NCBI GenBank assembly: GCA_051453625.1 | Contig: JBOZIK010000001.1 | Coordinates: 19,296,501 to 19,360,500, forward strand | Reading direction: 5' to 3' | DNA from: Welwitschia mirabilis | Taxonomy: Eukaryota | Length of the DNA stretch: 64,000 bases | Shown: positions 62,301-64,000 of the stretch, in pieces | Layout: each line of letters begins with the position of its first letter | How positions within the stretch are numbered: the first letter of the stretch is position 1 | Notes under the pieces: model-generated | What the model was told of the DNA's origin: nothing | The model's input: only the letters and a program-made list of their open reading frames with translations | Databases searched by the model: none | Position numbers and translations under genes: made by a program

Positions 62301-64000
62301 TATGTTCTATAGCAATGGATAAAAGAACTTTTCTAAAAAGATGATTAATGAAATGAGTTCCCTAATAACTAATAATTATTCAAGGAAAGCTAAAACATTA
62401 AAAAATTTGAGTTCTAACAAAGTTACAAATGGTTCGGGCATCATTTGAGGAAGTAAAAACTGCTTCAAACCATTTAGTCACATAATCTATAGCCACTAAA
62501 ATGTAATTTTTGTCTTTAAAAGATGGTTTAATTGGGCCTATGACATCGATGTCCTAACAGTCAAAAGGTTCGCACTCAAGAACATGTTTGAGGAGCATTT
62601 CCTATGATCGTAAAAGGCTACCAAAACATTAACATGCATCGCACCTTCTAGTATACTCAAAGAGTCCTGAAAAAGACTAGGCCAATAGAATCCAGAGTAA
62701 AGAATTTTCATGGTTGTTTTCTGACCGCTAAAATTTCCATCACAAAGATCATCATGATAAAGATGAAGGATATCAAATTTTTCCCATTCTGGTATACATT
62801 TTCTCATAATTTGATCCTTACACCTATGATAAAAATGGGGCTCTATCCACTCGTAGTTACCTATCTTATGGAGAAAAGATTTTCTTTAATTATGACTCTA
62901 ATTTTGTGGTGTTTTTAAAGTAACAAGATAGTTGACNNNNNNNNNNNNNNNNNNNNNNNNNNNNNNNNNNNNNNNNNNNNNNNNNNNNNNNNNNNNNNNN
63001 NNNNNNNNNNNNNNNNNNNNNNNNNNNNNNNNNNNNNNNNNNNNNNNNNNNNNNNNNNNNNNNNNNNNNNNNNNNNNNNNNNNNNNNNNNNNNNNNNNNN
63101 NNNNNNNNNNNNNNNNNNNNNNNNNNNNNNNNNNNNNNNNNNNNNNNNNNNNNNNNNNNNNNNNNNNNNNNNNNNNNNNNNNNNNNNNNNNNNNNNNNNN
63201 NNNNNNNNNNNNNNNNNNNNNNNNNNNNNNNNNNNNNNNNNNNNNNNNNNNNNNNNNNNNNNNNNNNNNNNNNNNNNNNNNNNNNNNNNNNNNNNNNNNN
63301 NNNNNNNNNNNNNNNNNNNNNNNNNNNNNNNNNNNNNNNNNNNNNNNNNNNNNNNNNNNNNNNNNNNNNNNNNNNNNNNNNNNNNNNNNNNNNNNNNNNN
63401 NNNNNNNNNNNNNNNNNNNNNNNNNNNNNNNNNNNNNNNNNNNNNNNNNNNNNNNNNNNNNNNNNNNNNNNNNNNNNNNNNNNNNNNNNNNNNNNNNNNN
63501 NNNNNNNNNNNNNNNNNNNNNNNNNNNNNNNNNNNNNNNNNNNNNNNNNNNNNNNNNNNNNNNNNNNNNNNNNNNNNNNNNNNNNNNNNNNNNNNNNNNN
63601 NNNNNNNNNNNNNNNNNNNNNNNNNNNNNNNNNNNNNNNNNNNNNNNNNNNNNNNNNNNNNNNNNNNNNNNNNNNNNNNNNNNNNNNNNNNNNNNNNNNN
63701 NNNNNNNNNNNNNNNNNNNNNNNNNNNNNNNNNNNNNNNNNNNNNNNNNNNNNNNNNNNNNNNNNNNNNNNNNNNNNNNNNNNNNNNNNNNNNNNNNNNN
63801 NNNAAGAATAAGCTCTTTTTCAAATTTAAATGAAGGCCACACTCCATGCATCTATTAAGGACTTTTTCTAATCTTTCTAAGATTTGATTAAAAGTTTCTC
63901 CAAAAATTGAAAAGTCATTCATAAAGATTTCTATCCAATCCTCTAACATGTTTGAAAAGATGCTCATCATAGCACGTTGAAAAGTTCTGGGAGCATTACA
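58070..64000 (-). mobile_element. Athila-like Ty3/Gypsy: RT (63804-64000), integrase (61601-62936), long 3' region, PPT, 3' LTR (60057 leftwards)
   Basis: MMSIFSNMLEDWIEIFMNDFSIFG; RKCIPEWE..SGQKTTMKILYSGFYWPSLF; KVNRQRLKIY. PPT complement TAGTCCCCCACTT next to LTR start ...GCATCA at 60057. Confidence 0.92.

Overview
AT-rich, gapped eukaryotic (land-plant) nuclear scaffold made mostly of nested, decayed transposable elements. These include several Ty1/Copia elements (Tork/Tnt1-like and three SIRE-like), Ty3/Gypsy elements (Tat/Ogre-like, chromovirus-like, Athila-like), a spliced hAT transposase with related MITEs, and an RTE-type LINE fragment. No prokaryote-type system is present. The most notable items are: (1) an endogenous caulimovirid (plant pararetrovirus) segment at ~40.2-43.9 kb with the tail of a last ORF, a TATA-bearing intergenic region, a tandemly doubled tRNA-Met primer-binding site and a degenerate 30K movement-protein gene; (2) clean, phase-compatible plus-strand exons of an unidentified coiled-coil gene that appear to be joined across a ~24.5-kb TE- and virus-filled intron; (3) a TRIM-like mini-retroelement sharing an LTR with a downstream Copia gag-pol; (4) a SIRE element whose RT/RNase H region is replaced by an inverted copy of its own 3' UTR, giving a ~640-bp-arm hairpin; (5) a decayed tRNA-Thr(AGT). 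All family assignments come from motif recognition by eye, not database searches, and coordinates of degenerate features are approximate.
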